This document shows, one piece after another, positions 1 to 8,980 of a stretch of DNA of 32,000 bases. The stretch lies in the NCBI RefSeq assembly GCF_900232105.1, contig NZ_LT934425.1, positions 1,350,001-1,382,000 of the forward strand, in the 5' to 3' direction. Every line of letters starts with the position of its first letter. Within the stretch, counting starts at the first letter, position 1. The notes beneath the pieces are model-generated. The model saw only the letters and a program-made list of their open reading frames with translations. It made no database searches and had not been told where the DNA came from. The stretch is from Candidatus Kuenenia stuttgartensis. Lineage in GTDB: Bacteria; Planctomycetota; Brocadiia; Brocadiales; Brocadiaceae. A program made the translations under genes and the position numbers.

Positions 1-1176
1 TATAAGGTAATTGGAGGCGATCTGGGCTATTTCCCGCGTGAGAAAATACTCGTGGAGGTCTATCCGGACGCTGAGAGTTTTTGCACTATTTCCACTTTAA
101 CACAGAAAGAAATTGAAACCTCCGGTGCTGTCGCAATTTGTTTGTTCAACCGGCTAATCATTACAAGCCCGAGGTTGCAGCCACGGGGATATGAATGGCT
201 TGATACGCTTGCTCATGAGTATGTGCATTATGTGATAATGAAAAAGACATACAATCGTGTGCCGGTTTGGCTTCATGAGGGGCTTGCCAAATATGAGGAA
301 AATAGATGGATAGATGATAATTCACCGACATTGCCTGTTTCACTGGAAAGTCTTCTGGCAGAGGCAGTGGAAAAGAACTACTTTATCACCTTTGAGCAAA
401 TGCATCCCTCCCTGGCAAAATTAGAAAAAAGAGAAGACACCGCCCTTGCATTTGCGCAGGTATTTACGTCAATAGAATATTTATATCATCTTGGCGGCTA
501 TCCTTTGATCACTGCAATCCTTGATGAAATAAAGAATGGAATGGATGCAAAAGAAGCGCTATCCTCCGCCACCGGGGTACCATTTAATACGTTCGAAGAG
601 AATTATCTGCAATATTTGAAACAGAAAAACCTGAGAAGGGTTCATGGCATCAAAATACTTCCGACAATATTAAAGGAATCGTCCACTATTGTGGACGATC
701 TTGAAAGTGTCGCGGAAATAGAGGTAAAAGAAGCGAAAAAATTCGCTATACTGGGAGACCTTTTACGACGCGAAGGGTTGTACAGCGCAGCGATTATAGA
801 ATATGAAAAGGCCTTCATAAGGGCAAAAAATATTTCACCGCAGATCCAGAACAAACTGGCAATGGCATATATCCAGGATACTCAGTATTCAAAGGCAGAA
901 GAAGTATTAAAAACCGCTCTCGAATATTATCCCGAATACACAGCCACATATATTTCACTGGGCGAGCTGTACCAAAGAACAGGAGCATATCAAACGGCAA
1001 TAAATTTTCTTTCACGAGCAAATCGGGTAAATCCATTTAACCCTGTTGTTTACCGCAATCTCATTCAACTATATACAAAAGTGGAAGATAAGGAAAACGC
1101 GGCGAATGAGATGAGAAGGTTAAAAATGGTCACACGGTTCCATAATCCCACTACCCCGGAGATGCCGGAAAAATGA
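1..1176 (+). CDS. Peptidase MA-like (gluzincin) protein with C-terminal TPR repeats, 5' end outside window
   Basis: Frame 1 is open from base 1 (YKVIGGDLGYFPREKILVEVYPDAES...), so the GTG at 52 is probably internal. HEYVHYV (HExxH) followed by PVWLHEGLAKYEE, then TPR-like helices (YSAAIIEYEKAF, YSKAEEVLKTALEYYPEYTATYISLGELYQRTG). Confidence 0.85.
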   Translation, partial: YKVIGGDLGYFPREKILVEVYPDAESFCTISTLTQKEIETSGAVAICLFNRLIITSPRLQPRGYEWLDTLAHEYVHYVIMKKTYNRVPVWLHEGLAKYEENRWIDDNSPTLPVSLESLLAEAVEKNYFITFEQMHPSLAKLEKREDTALAFAQVFTSIEYLYHLGGYPLITAILDEIKNGMDAKEALSSATGVPFNTFEENYLQYLKQKNLRRVHGIKILPTILKESSTIVDDLESVAEIEVKEAKKFAILGDLLRREGLYSAAIIEYEKAFIRAKNISPQIQNKLAMAYIQDTQYSKAEEVLKTALEYYPEYTATYISLGELYQRTGAYQTAINFLSRANRVNPFNPVVYRNLIQLYTKVEDKENAANEMRRLKMVTRFHNPTTPEMPEK

Positions 1177-1435
1177 TTCAATTGCTTTCTTAAATTAAAT
1201 CAGGCCGGGCTTTAAAAAGACAAAAACCCAACGCATTTTATACACGCCTTAATCCCATAAATGCTAAGTTATTTCTGATATTTTTTACACGGAGTCAAAT
1301 ATCTAAAGCCGGCAATCGGCAATTTACAGTCGGCAAATTGCAGACTGTGGACTGTAGACTGTAGACTGTAGACTGCTTTCGCGCTTATTTGGTTCCGGCT
1401 TGTCCGGATTTTGGTAATTATCAAAGAGGAATTGC

Positions 1436-2959
1436 ATGAATAATTTTTGGAAATGCAGAAATTATCCGGGAATAGTCATAGTAGTAATCATTTTTTTATT
1501 GGTAAATACAGGATGCAAAAAGATACCCAAGGGTAACCTGATAGAGCAGAATTTTAAGGTTCTTTTGGAAATAAGCGCATTTAAGAAAAAGCAGATAATT
1601 AAATATTTTGCGGACGTAGAAAAGAGAGCGGCTGGTATTGCTGCAGACGAAAGCATGCTTGATTGTTTTCATCAGATAAAGAAATGTTATCAGGTTGAGG
1701 CATCAGGAATCGATGCTATGAATATTCAGAAGAAGGAGTATGAAGCGGATGTAAATTTTGTTACTACGTATAAAGATTTCTACGATATTCTTTTTGTCGA
1801 TAGCAGAGGTTTTGTTTTTCACAGCATAAAACAGGCAGATGATTATCATACAAATCTTTTTACCGGAAGGTATTCGGATACTTCCCTGTCCATACATCTT
1901 CGGGAAGCGCCTGAAAGGGAATTTGTCAACTATGAATTTTATGCCCCGTCAGACAAACCTGCCGCTTTTTTTGTTGTGCCTGTATATGAAAAGAAAGACC
2001 TTGCCGGCTGGTTTGTTTTACAATTTCCTATAAACAAAATTAATGCAATATTATCCGACCATGAACACCTTGGAAGAACCGGAGAGGTGTATCTTGTAAA
2101 TGAAAACAAGTTAATGCTGACGGATTCCAGGTTTATCGAAGATAGCACCATTTTGAAACGTAAAGTGGATACTGAGGCAGTGAAACTTGCGCTGCAACAG
2201 AAAGCGGGGAGCAAGATTATTGAGGACTACAGGGGCATACATGTGTTAAGCGCTTTTGAACAATTTGAAGTGTTTGGCCATTCATGGATAATTATTGTTG
2301 AAATGGATGAGGACGAGGTTATTTCAAATATTTATAAGGAGTATGAAAAATATTTTCTTTCAAAAATTATGGATTACCTGCCGAAAGTAAATGCCGGATA
2401 TGCTGTTCAGGACAGGGAATCGTTGTCTCCCCAAAATAGCAAAAAAGTGGATATTAACGAGTATGCAATGACAAAATCGGGAGAATTATTAGAAACAAAA
2501 GGGGTTGGACCATGCACTGCAATCATTTTGTCCTTTCCCCAAAGCTTTGGATATCTTGCGCATATCAGTCCCGTAGATGAAATTTATCATAAGAATCCTC
2601 TTACCAAATATTTCCTGGGAGGTCGAAAGACAAGTTGCCTCCAGAAAATACTGCAAAATATAAGGCGCTACGATTTGTATCCTTACCAATTGAATAAGCT
2701 TCGCTGTGTAATCATTGCCACTCACATGAAAAGTCTGGAAACAATAGTTGATCAACTATTAAGAGAGGGCATAGAATTGTCACAAATTGGGTTTTTATTT
2801 AATCCCTCTGCGGATTATGCCAATATAATATTTGATCAGTTAAACGACCGCATAAGAATAGAGTGGAAATCTCATAATTATAATACCGTTTTTTATGCTG
2901 CACATATTCCTGACGTTAAAACATTAGGGTATGTTGTAAAAGAAATGATTGTGCAATAA
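1436..2959 (+). CDS. Membrane-anchored or lipoprotein cache-domain sensor-like protein without recognisable output domain
   Basis: N-terminal hydrophobic segment ending LLVNTGCKK, then a cache-like pattern (YKDFYDILFVDSRGFVFHSI..., GRTGEVYLVNENKLMLTDSRF, VLSAFEQFEVFGHSWIIIVEMDEDE). ORF ends at 2959 without HAMP, MCP or kinase motifs. Confidence 0.65.
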   Translation: MNNFWKCRNYPGIVIVVIIFLLVNTGCKKIPKGNLIEQNFKVLLEISAFKKKQIIKYFADVEKRAAGIAADESMLDCFHQIKKCYQVEASGIDAMNIQKKEYEADVNFVTTYKDFYDILFVDSRGFVFHSIKQADDYHTNLFTGRYSDTSLSIHLREAPEREFVNYEFYAPSDKPAAFFVVPVYEKKDLAGWFVLQFPINKINAILSDHEHLGRTGEVYLVNENKLMLTDSRFIEDSTILKRKVDTEAVKLALQQKAGSKIIEDYRGIHVLSAFEQFEVFGHSWIIIVEMDEDEVISNIYKEYEKYFLSKIMDYLPKVNAGYAVQDRESLSPQNSKKVDINEYAMTKSGELLETKGVGPCTAIILSFPQSFGYLAHISPVDEIYHKNPLTKYFLGGRKTSCLQKILQNIRRYDLYPYQLNKLRCVIIATHMKSLETIVDQLLREGIELSQIGFLFNPSADYANIIFDQLNDRIRIEWKSHNYNTVFYAAHIPDVKTLGYVVKEMIVQ

Positions 2960-3046
2960 AATTGCGGGTCATCGTGTAATCGCGTGGGTAAAAGAGAGTG
3001 CAAATCAGTATAAAATGGTATTAGATAATAGTAAGGAGATGAGAAA

Positions 3047-6000
3047 ATGAGACTTAAGATACTAACGGTATTGAGAGTATCGATGGTGGCGAGCGTTGTA
3101 TGTGGTCTTATGTTTTTTACCCAATACACGGCCGGCAGCTATGATGGGTATGCAATTGGTTCGACTACAGGTTCCTTGCCAGACGACGGCGGCAGCACCC
3201 CTACCGCAACAACAGGTTCAGCAACGTGTGTTAGCTTGAGTTCCGTATTACTGAATGGGTGGGTGAATGGCAACGGGTTGGCAACTACTGCGTGGTTTGA
3301 TTATGGCACGAGTACAGGAATGTATTTCGATGCCACAACAACTATTCCATGTGGAACCGGCTCAACGTACGTAAATGCGACTTTAGGTGATTTAACGCCA
3401 TGGACGACATACTATTGCAGGATAGCCTCTCAAAACATTGGAGGCATATCCTACGGAAGCGAAACCACCTTTATACCTCGGTCACAGATATCGGCAGGAG
3501 CATATCATACGCTAACACTGAAGCCAGATGGCGCCGTGTGGACATGGGGGGCAAACTGGAACGGTCAACTGGGAGACGAGTCAACGACAAACCGCTCAAC
3601 GCCGGTGCAGGTAAGCGGCCTAACCGATGTAATTGCCATTGCTGGAGGGGCTTATCACACAATCGCCCTGAAATCAGACGGCACGGTATGGGCGTGGGGG
3701 AATAATGAAGGCGGTCAACTGGGAGACGGGTCAACGACTGACCGTTCAACGCCGGTGCAGGTAAGCGGCCTAACCGATGTAATTGCCATTGCTGGAGGAT
3801 ATGCGCACACAATAGCTTTGAAATCAGACGGCACGGTGTGGGCGTGGGGGGATAATGAAGGGGGTCGACTGGGAGACGGGTCAACGACAAACCGTTCAAT
3901 ACCGGTGAAGGTAGGCGGTCTAAGCGATGTAATTGCTATTGCGGGAGGGAATGCGCACACAATAGCTTTAAAATCAGACGGCACGGTGTGGGCGTGGGGG
4001 GATAATGAAGGGGGTCAACTGGGAGACGGGTCAACGACAAACCGTTCAACACCGGTGAAGGTAAGCGGTCTAGCCGATGTGATTGCCATTGCAGGAGGGT
4101 ATTCCCACACAATAGTCTTGAGGTCAGATGGCACGGTGTGGACGTGGGGGCATAATGAAGGGGGTCAACTGGGAGACGGGTCAACGACAAACCGTTCAAC
4201 ACCGGTGCAGGTAAGCGGTCTAGCCGATGTGATTGCCATTGCAGGAGGGGTGTATCACACAATAGCCGTGAAATCAGACGGCACGATGTGGGCGTGGGGA
4301 TATAATTGGTATGGTCAACTGGGAGACGGGACAACTATAAACAGTTCAACGCCAGTGCAGGTGAACGGCCTGACTGATGTAATTGCCATTGCCGGAGGAT
4401 ATTATCACACAATAGCCATGAAATCAGACGGCGCTGTGTGGACGTGGGGATTTAATTATTATGGTCAACTGGGAGACGGGTCTATAACAAACCGTTCAAC
4501 ACCGGCACAAAGATCGCTTTCCGGTATGAAATCCGTTGCTACCCCTACCGTGACGACAGGTTCAGCAACGTGTGTTAGTTTGAGTTCCGCATTACTGAAC
4601 GGGTGGGTGAATGGCAACGGAGTGGCAACTACTGCGTGGTTTGATTATGGCACTAGCACGGGAATGTATTTCGACGCCACAAAAACTATTTCATGCGGAA
4701 CCGGCTCAACGTACGTAGGTGCGACTTTAGGTGATTTAACGCCATGGACGACATACTATTGCAGGATAGCCTCTCAAAACATTGGAGGCATATACTATGG
4801 AAGCGAAACCACCTTTATGCCTCGGACTCAGATATCGGCAGGTGCATATCATACGCTAACACTGAAGCCAGATGGCACCGTGTGGGCATATGGGGCAAAT
4901 TGGAATAGTCAACTGGGAGACGGGTCAACTACAGACAGTTCAACGCCAGTGCAGGTGAGCGGTCTAACCGATGCAATTGCCATTGCAGGAGGGGTGTATC
5001 ATACAATAGCCCTGAAATCAGATGGCACGGTGTGGACTTGGGGGTGGAATAATTCTGGTCAACTGGGAGATGGGACAACTATAAACCGTTCAACGCCAGT
5101 GCAGGTAATCGGTCTGACTGATGTAATTGCCATTGCAGGAGGAGATTATCACACAATCGCCTTGAAATCAGACGGCACAGTGTGGACGTGGGGGTTTAAT
5201 TATTATGGTCAACTGGGAGGTGGCGCAACGACAAACCGTTCAACGCCTGTGCAGGTAAAAGGTCTAGCCGATATAATTGCCATTGCAGGAGGGTATGTTC
5301 ACTCAATAGCCCTGAAATCAGACGGCACGGTGTGGGCTTGGGGGTATAATGGATATGGTCAACTGGGAGACGGGTCAACTACAGACCACTTAACGCCGGT
5401 ACAGGTAAGCGGTCTAACAGATATAATTGCCATTGCAGGGGGGTATATTCACACAATTGCCTTGAAATCAGACGGCACGGTGTGGGCATGGGGGCATAAT
5501 GAAGGGGGTCAACTGGGAGATGGGACAACGACCAACAGTTCAACACCAGTGCAGGTAAGCGGCCTAACAGATGTAATTGCCGTTACCGCAAGGCTTTATC
5601 ATACAATAGCCTTGAAATCAGACGGCACAGTGTGGACGTGGGGGAGGAATATTTATGGACAACTGGGAGACGGGTCAACCACAGAACGCTCATTGCCAGT
5701 ACAGGTAATCGGTCTGACCGATGTAATTGCCATTGCAGGAGGGTATTATCACACAATTGCCTTGAAATCAGACGGCGCGGTGTGGGCTTGGGGGTATAAT
5801 GGAAATAATCAACTGGGAAACTGGTCAACGAAGAACAGTTCAACGCCTGTACGGAGTTTGAGATACGACATGAATTCCGTTACTACCCCTGCCGTGATAA
5901 CAGGTTCAACAACGTGCGTTAGCTTGAGTTCCGTATTACTGAATGGGTGGGTGGACGGCAACAGGGCCGCAACTACTGCGTGGTTTGATTATGGCACGAG

Positions 6001-7288
6001 CAGTGGAGTGTATTTCGATACCACAGCAACTATTCCATGCGGAACCAGCTCTGCGTACATAAGTGCTACTTTAGGATCTTTAACGCCATGGACGACATAC
6101 TATTACAGGATAGCTGCTCAAAACAGCAGAGGTATATCCTATGGAAGTGAAACCATATTTTTGCCGCGATCACAGATATCAGCAGGTGCATATCATACGC
6201 TAACTCTGAAGCCAGATGGCACCGTGTGGGCATGTGGGGCAAATTGGAATGGTCAACTGGGAGATGGGACAACTATAAACCGTTCAACGCCAGTGCAGGT
6301 GAGCGGTCTAACTGATGTAATTGCCATTGCAGGAGGAGATTATCACACAATAGCCTTGAAATCGGATAATACGGTGTGGGCGTGGGGGTCTAATTCTTAT
6401 GGTCAGTTGGGAGACGGGACAATTACAAACCGTTCAATACCGACGCCGGTGACTTATCTAACTAACATAATTGCCATTGCAGGAGGGTATGTTCACACAA
6501 TCGCCCTGAAATCAGACGGCACGGTGTGGGCATGGGGATATAATGGATATGGTCAACTGGGAGACGGCTCAACTACCAACCGTTCAACACCAGTGCAGGT
6601 AAGCGGTCTAACCGATGTAATTGCCATTGCAGGGGAGTATGTCCACACAGTCGCCCTGAAATCAGACGGCACGGTGTGGGCATGGGGATATAATGGATAT
6701 GGCCAACTGGGAGACGGCTCAACTACCAACCGTTCAACACCAGTGCAGGTAAGCGGTCTAACCGATGTAATTGCCATTGCAGGGGGATATGTTCACACAA
6801 TCGCCTTGAAATCAGATGGCACGGTGTGGACGTGGGGGTGGAATAATTCTGGTCAACTGGGAGATGGGACAACTATAAACCGTTTAACGCCAGTGCAGGT
6901 AAGCGGTCTAACCGATGCAATTGCCATTGCAGGAGGGGATTATCACACAATAGCCTTGAAATCGGATAATACGGTGTGGGCGTGGGGGTCTAATTCTTAT
7001 GGTCAGTTGGGAGATGGGACAACTATAAACCGTTTAACGCCAGTGCAGGTAAGCGGTCTAACCGATGCAATTGCCATTGCAGGAGGGGATTATCACACGA
7101 TAGCTTTGAAATCGGATAATACGGTGTGGGCGTGGGGGTCTAATTCTTATGGTCAGTTGGGAGACGTGTCAACTGCAAATAGCTTAACACCGGCGCAGTG
7201 CTTGTTATCTCCTATTGTATCAACAGGCACGGCAATAAACATTGGAACAACCATGGTACGGTCAACACCAACGGCACGTCTACCATGA
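3047..7288 (+). CDS. Secreted RCC1-repeat protein with Fn3-like modules (three units of 7 RCC1 repeats)
   Basis: Signal-peptide-like N-terminus; about 21 repeats of roughly 50 aa of type YxHTIALKSDGTVWAWGxNxxGQLGDGSTTNRSTPVQVSGLTDVIAIAGG; three copies of the module VSLSSVLLNGWVNGNGxATTAWFDYGTSTGMYFDATxTI...TPWTTYYCRIASQN. GTAAGGAGAT lies upstream of the ATG. Confidence 0.95.
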   Translation: MRLKILTVLRVSMVASVVCGLMFFTQYTAGSYDGYAIGSTTGSLPDDGGSTPTATTGSATCVSLSSVLLNGWVNGNGLATTAWFDYGTSTGMYFDATTTIPCGTGSTYVNATLGDLTPWTTYYCRIASQNIGGISYGSETTFIPRSQISAGAYHTLTLKPDGAVWTWGANWNGQLGDESTTNRSTPVQVSGLTDVIAIAGGAYHTIALKSDGTVWAWGNNEGGQLGDGSTTDRSTPVQVSGLTDVIAIAGGYAHTIALKSDGTVWAWGDNEGGRLGDGSTTNRSIPVKVGGLSDVIAIAGGNAHTIALKSDGTVWAWGDNEGGQLGDGSTTNRSTPVKVSGLADVIAIAGGYSHTIVLRSDGTVWTWGHNEGGQLGDGSTTNRSTPVQVSGLADVIAIAGGVYHTIAVKSDGTMWAWGYNWYGQLGDGTTINSSTPVQVNGLTDVIAIAGGYYHTIAMKSDGAVWTWGFNYYGQLGDGSITNRSTPAQRSLSGMKSVATPTVTTGSATCVSLSSALLNGWVNGNGVATTAWFDYGTSTGMYFDATKTISCGTGSTYVGATLGDLTPWTTYYCRIASQNIGGIYYGSETTFMPRTQISAGAYHTLTLKPDGTVWAYGANWNSQLGDGSTTDSSTPVQVSGLTDAIAIAGGVYHTIALKSDGTVWTWGWNNSGQLGDGTTINRSTPVQVIGLTDVIAIAGGDYHTIALKSDGTVWTWGFNYYGQLGGGATTNRSTPVQVKGLADIIAIAGGYVHSIALKSDGTVWAWGYNGYGQLGDGSTTDHLTPVQVSGLTDIIAIAGGYIHTIALKSDGTVWAWGHNEGGQLGDGTTTNSSTPVQVSGLTDVIAVTARLYHTIALKSDGTVWTWGRNIYGQLGDGSTTERSLPVQVIGLTDVIAIAGGYYHTIALKSDGAVWAWGYNGNNQLGNWSTKNSSTPVRSLRYDMNSVTTPAVITGSTTCVSLSSVLLNGWVDGNRAATTAWFDYGTSSGVYFDTTATIPCGTSSAYISATLGSLTPWTTYYYRIAAQNSRGISYGSETIFLPRSQISAGAYHTLTLKPDGTVWACGANWNGQLGDGTTINRSTPVQVSGLTDVIAIAGGDYHTIALKSDNTVWAWGSNSYGQLGDGTITNRSIPTPVTYLTNIIAIAGGYVHTIALKSDGTVWAWGYNGYGQLGDGSTTNRSTPVQVSGLTDVIAIAGEYVHTVALKSDGTVWAWGYNGYGQLGDGSTTNRSTPVQVSGLTDVIAIAGGYVHTIALKSDGTVWTWGWNNSGQLGDGTTINRLTPVQVSGLTDAIAIAGGDYHTIALKSDNTVWAWGSNSYGQLGDGTTINRLTPVQVSGLTDAIAIAGGDYHTIALKSDNTVWAWGSNSYGQLGDVSTANSLTPAQCLLSPIVSTGTAINIGTTMVRSTPTARLP

Positions 7289-7446
7289 CGTGGTTCCGGC
7301 ACGGCACGGTTAGCGGGTCATATACCGGCACATCTACGACACAATTGGAATCCGGAATTTATTTGTCATTTGTTCTGATAATAGAAGGCGGAATCGAAAG
7401 TATAAAACGTTTGGTTCAGGTTACAAACCTGAACCCGCGAATGTAG
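7255..7446 (+). pseudogene. Out-of-frame remnant of a fourth Fn3-like module of the RCC1 gene
   Basis: Frame 1 reads GTVNTNGTSTMTWFRHGTVSGSYTGTSTTQ, aligning with WVNGNGLATTAWFDYGTSTGMYFDATTT of the in-frame modules. The main ORF (frame 2) ends at 7288 after IGTTMVRSTPTARLP. Confidence 0.7.
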
Positions 7447-7551
7447 TTTCCATTGCCATTACGTTCCCAAACAGATACTTCACTATGTTCAGTACAAGGT
7501 TTGAGAACGAGTTGTGCTTCGGTAGTTTAATAGATTACGCTGAATAGTTAC
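7348..7551 (+). repeat. Dispersed repeat family 1, copy A (core part + palindrome + outer arm)
   Basis: Contains palindrome GGTTCAGGTTACAAACCTGAACC (7413-7435). The reverse complement of 7348-7551 is near-identical to 13753-13959. Confidence 0.9.
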
Positions 7552-7668
7552 CAAATTTTAGAAGAAATTACCGATGAACAACAGATTGCGCAGATTTCAT
7601 TGGTAAAAATACCGGCAATCATTCTGTTTTTTTCCGTTAGAATGGTAGGAAATGCCTTTGTATCAGTA

Positions 7669-7698
7669 TGTAGCGGCAATTCGAGAATTGCCGCTACA
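7669..7698. repeat. Perfect 30-bp palindrome (14-bp arms, 2-nt centre)
   Basis: TGTAGCGGCAATTC-GA-GAATTGCCGCTACA read directly. Confidence 0.85.
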
Positions 7699-8047
7699 CT
7701 GAATATCACTCTATTATTACGGGAATGCTAATAAAACAAAACTACTAAAAAATATCGAGCTTTCCTGACAATTTGATGCGTTTTTTAGACGAATTTGAAG
7801 CGACCCAGGCCATTATACGTCAACATCGATGTAATCATGATCGGTTTTTTACAATACGGGAAGTTGCTATTATGAAAGCAGGGGCTTTTTTGAGCAATTA
7901 TCTCTTTCTGTGAATTTGATACTGCAATGGTATTGTGAATACAAAGAGGAATCATGCCACGGCCTTTATTATTTTGCAAATGTGTGGCTTGTACTTATAG
8001 AACCGAAAGTGCATTATTCCTCTTTGCCCCCAATAGGTAAATCAATT

Positions 8048-8428
8048 TTACCAGGGCCTTCCGCCACCACTTCTACCACCACCACTACCGCCGCTTCTAC
8101 CGCCGCCACTTCTGCCGCCACCGCCACCGCTTCTACCGCCGCCACTTCTACCTCTACCACCACCGCCGCCTTGCTTACGGTCATCAGTACGGGGAAGCGC
8201 CTCATTAACATTCAGAACCCTTCCATTTAAATCTTTGCCGTTGAGACTATCTAGCGCAGCCTGCGCTTCTGCCCTTGAGGGCATTTCTACAAATCCAAAT
8301 CCTCTGGATTCTCCGCTGAATTTATCCTTAATGATTGTTACGGACGTGACCTGCCCAAACTCCTCAAAAACCTGTTTCAATTCTTCCTCTGTTGTTTGTC
8401 GTGCCAGGTTGCCGGCGTAAATATTCAT
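8048..8428 (-). CDS. RRM-family RNA-binding protein with Gly/Arg/Ser-rich tail
   Basis: MNIYAGNLARQTTEEELKQVFEEFGQVTSV...SRGFGFVEM (RNP motifs), then GGGGGRGRSGGGRSGGGGG. The preferred start (8428) is the internal ATG preceded by AAAGAAAGGATAGAAAC, not the ATG at 8461. Confidence 0.92.
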   Translation of the reverse strand: MNIYAGNLARQTTEEELKQVFEEFGQVTSVTIIKDKFSGESRGFGFVEMPSRAEAQAALDSLNGKDLNGRVLNVNEALPRTDDRKQGGGGGRGRSGGGRSGGGGGRSGGGRSGGSGGGRSGGGRPW

Positions 8429-8858
8429 GTTTCTATCCTTTCTTTTAGGTATTAATAACAATATTTTATTTGGTGTATATTTGCGTTTGAGTAAATCAGA
8501 CCTATGGATGTTTCAAGTTATTTTATTTCTCCCCCTTTCCTGTTTTTTCAGAAGTTAGGCAAACTTCCGTAATTTCATACGTAGTATAATGCAAGTTTGT
8601 AGCATATGCAACAAAGTTATCGTGATTTTAAGCATGGCGGTTGCTTCTTTCAGCATTTGGTAACGAACCAATTACGCATGCATTATACATTACTCCCTGA
8701 CCTGAACGCTCAATTCTTTTACATTGCGTTCTCTATTATATCCGTTGTAAAGTGTTCACAATGCAGGCCAAATTTTAGAGGGAATTTAAGGGGGGGGTTT
8801 TAATACAAATGTAGAGATGTACGGCTGTGCGTCTCTACTCTATAAAACCCGGAATTCT

Positions 8859-8980
8859 GTAACACTTTAGTTTTTTGAAAAATTCCAATAATCGCGGTAT
8901 TTGCCCGCATAGTGTAGGGGCGAAGCATTTGCTCGTTTGGGCATGAACGCATTTATTTATAGCAAATGCTTCGCCCCTAC
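8859..8980 (-). repeat. Dispersed repeat family 2, copy 1 (TIR core 8914-8980)
   Basis: Core GTAGGGGCGAAGCATTTGC...GCAAATGCTTCGCCCCTAC. The flank TAACACTTTAGTTTTTTGAAAAATTCCAATAATCGCG matches, inverted, the flank of the copy at 29282. Confidence 0.9.

Noticed and set aside
3471-6777. Many minus-strand ORFs and the plus-strand 3400-3705 ORF inside the RCC1 gene
   Set aside because: All are shadows of the repetitive RCC1 coding sequence (recurring LTRLPVDPLHYPPTPTPCRLISRLL), with no independent family signal.
3480-7200. Regular ~150-bp periodicity resembling an array
   Set aside because: The periodicity is coding RCC1 blades of ~50 aa, with no short identical repeats and unique spacers, so it is not CRISPR.
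7910-8230. Plus-strand Ser/Thr/Ala-rich ORF
   Set aside because: Antisense to the Gly-rich tail of the RRM protein; low-complexity artefact.
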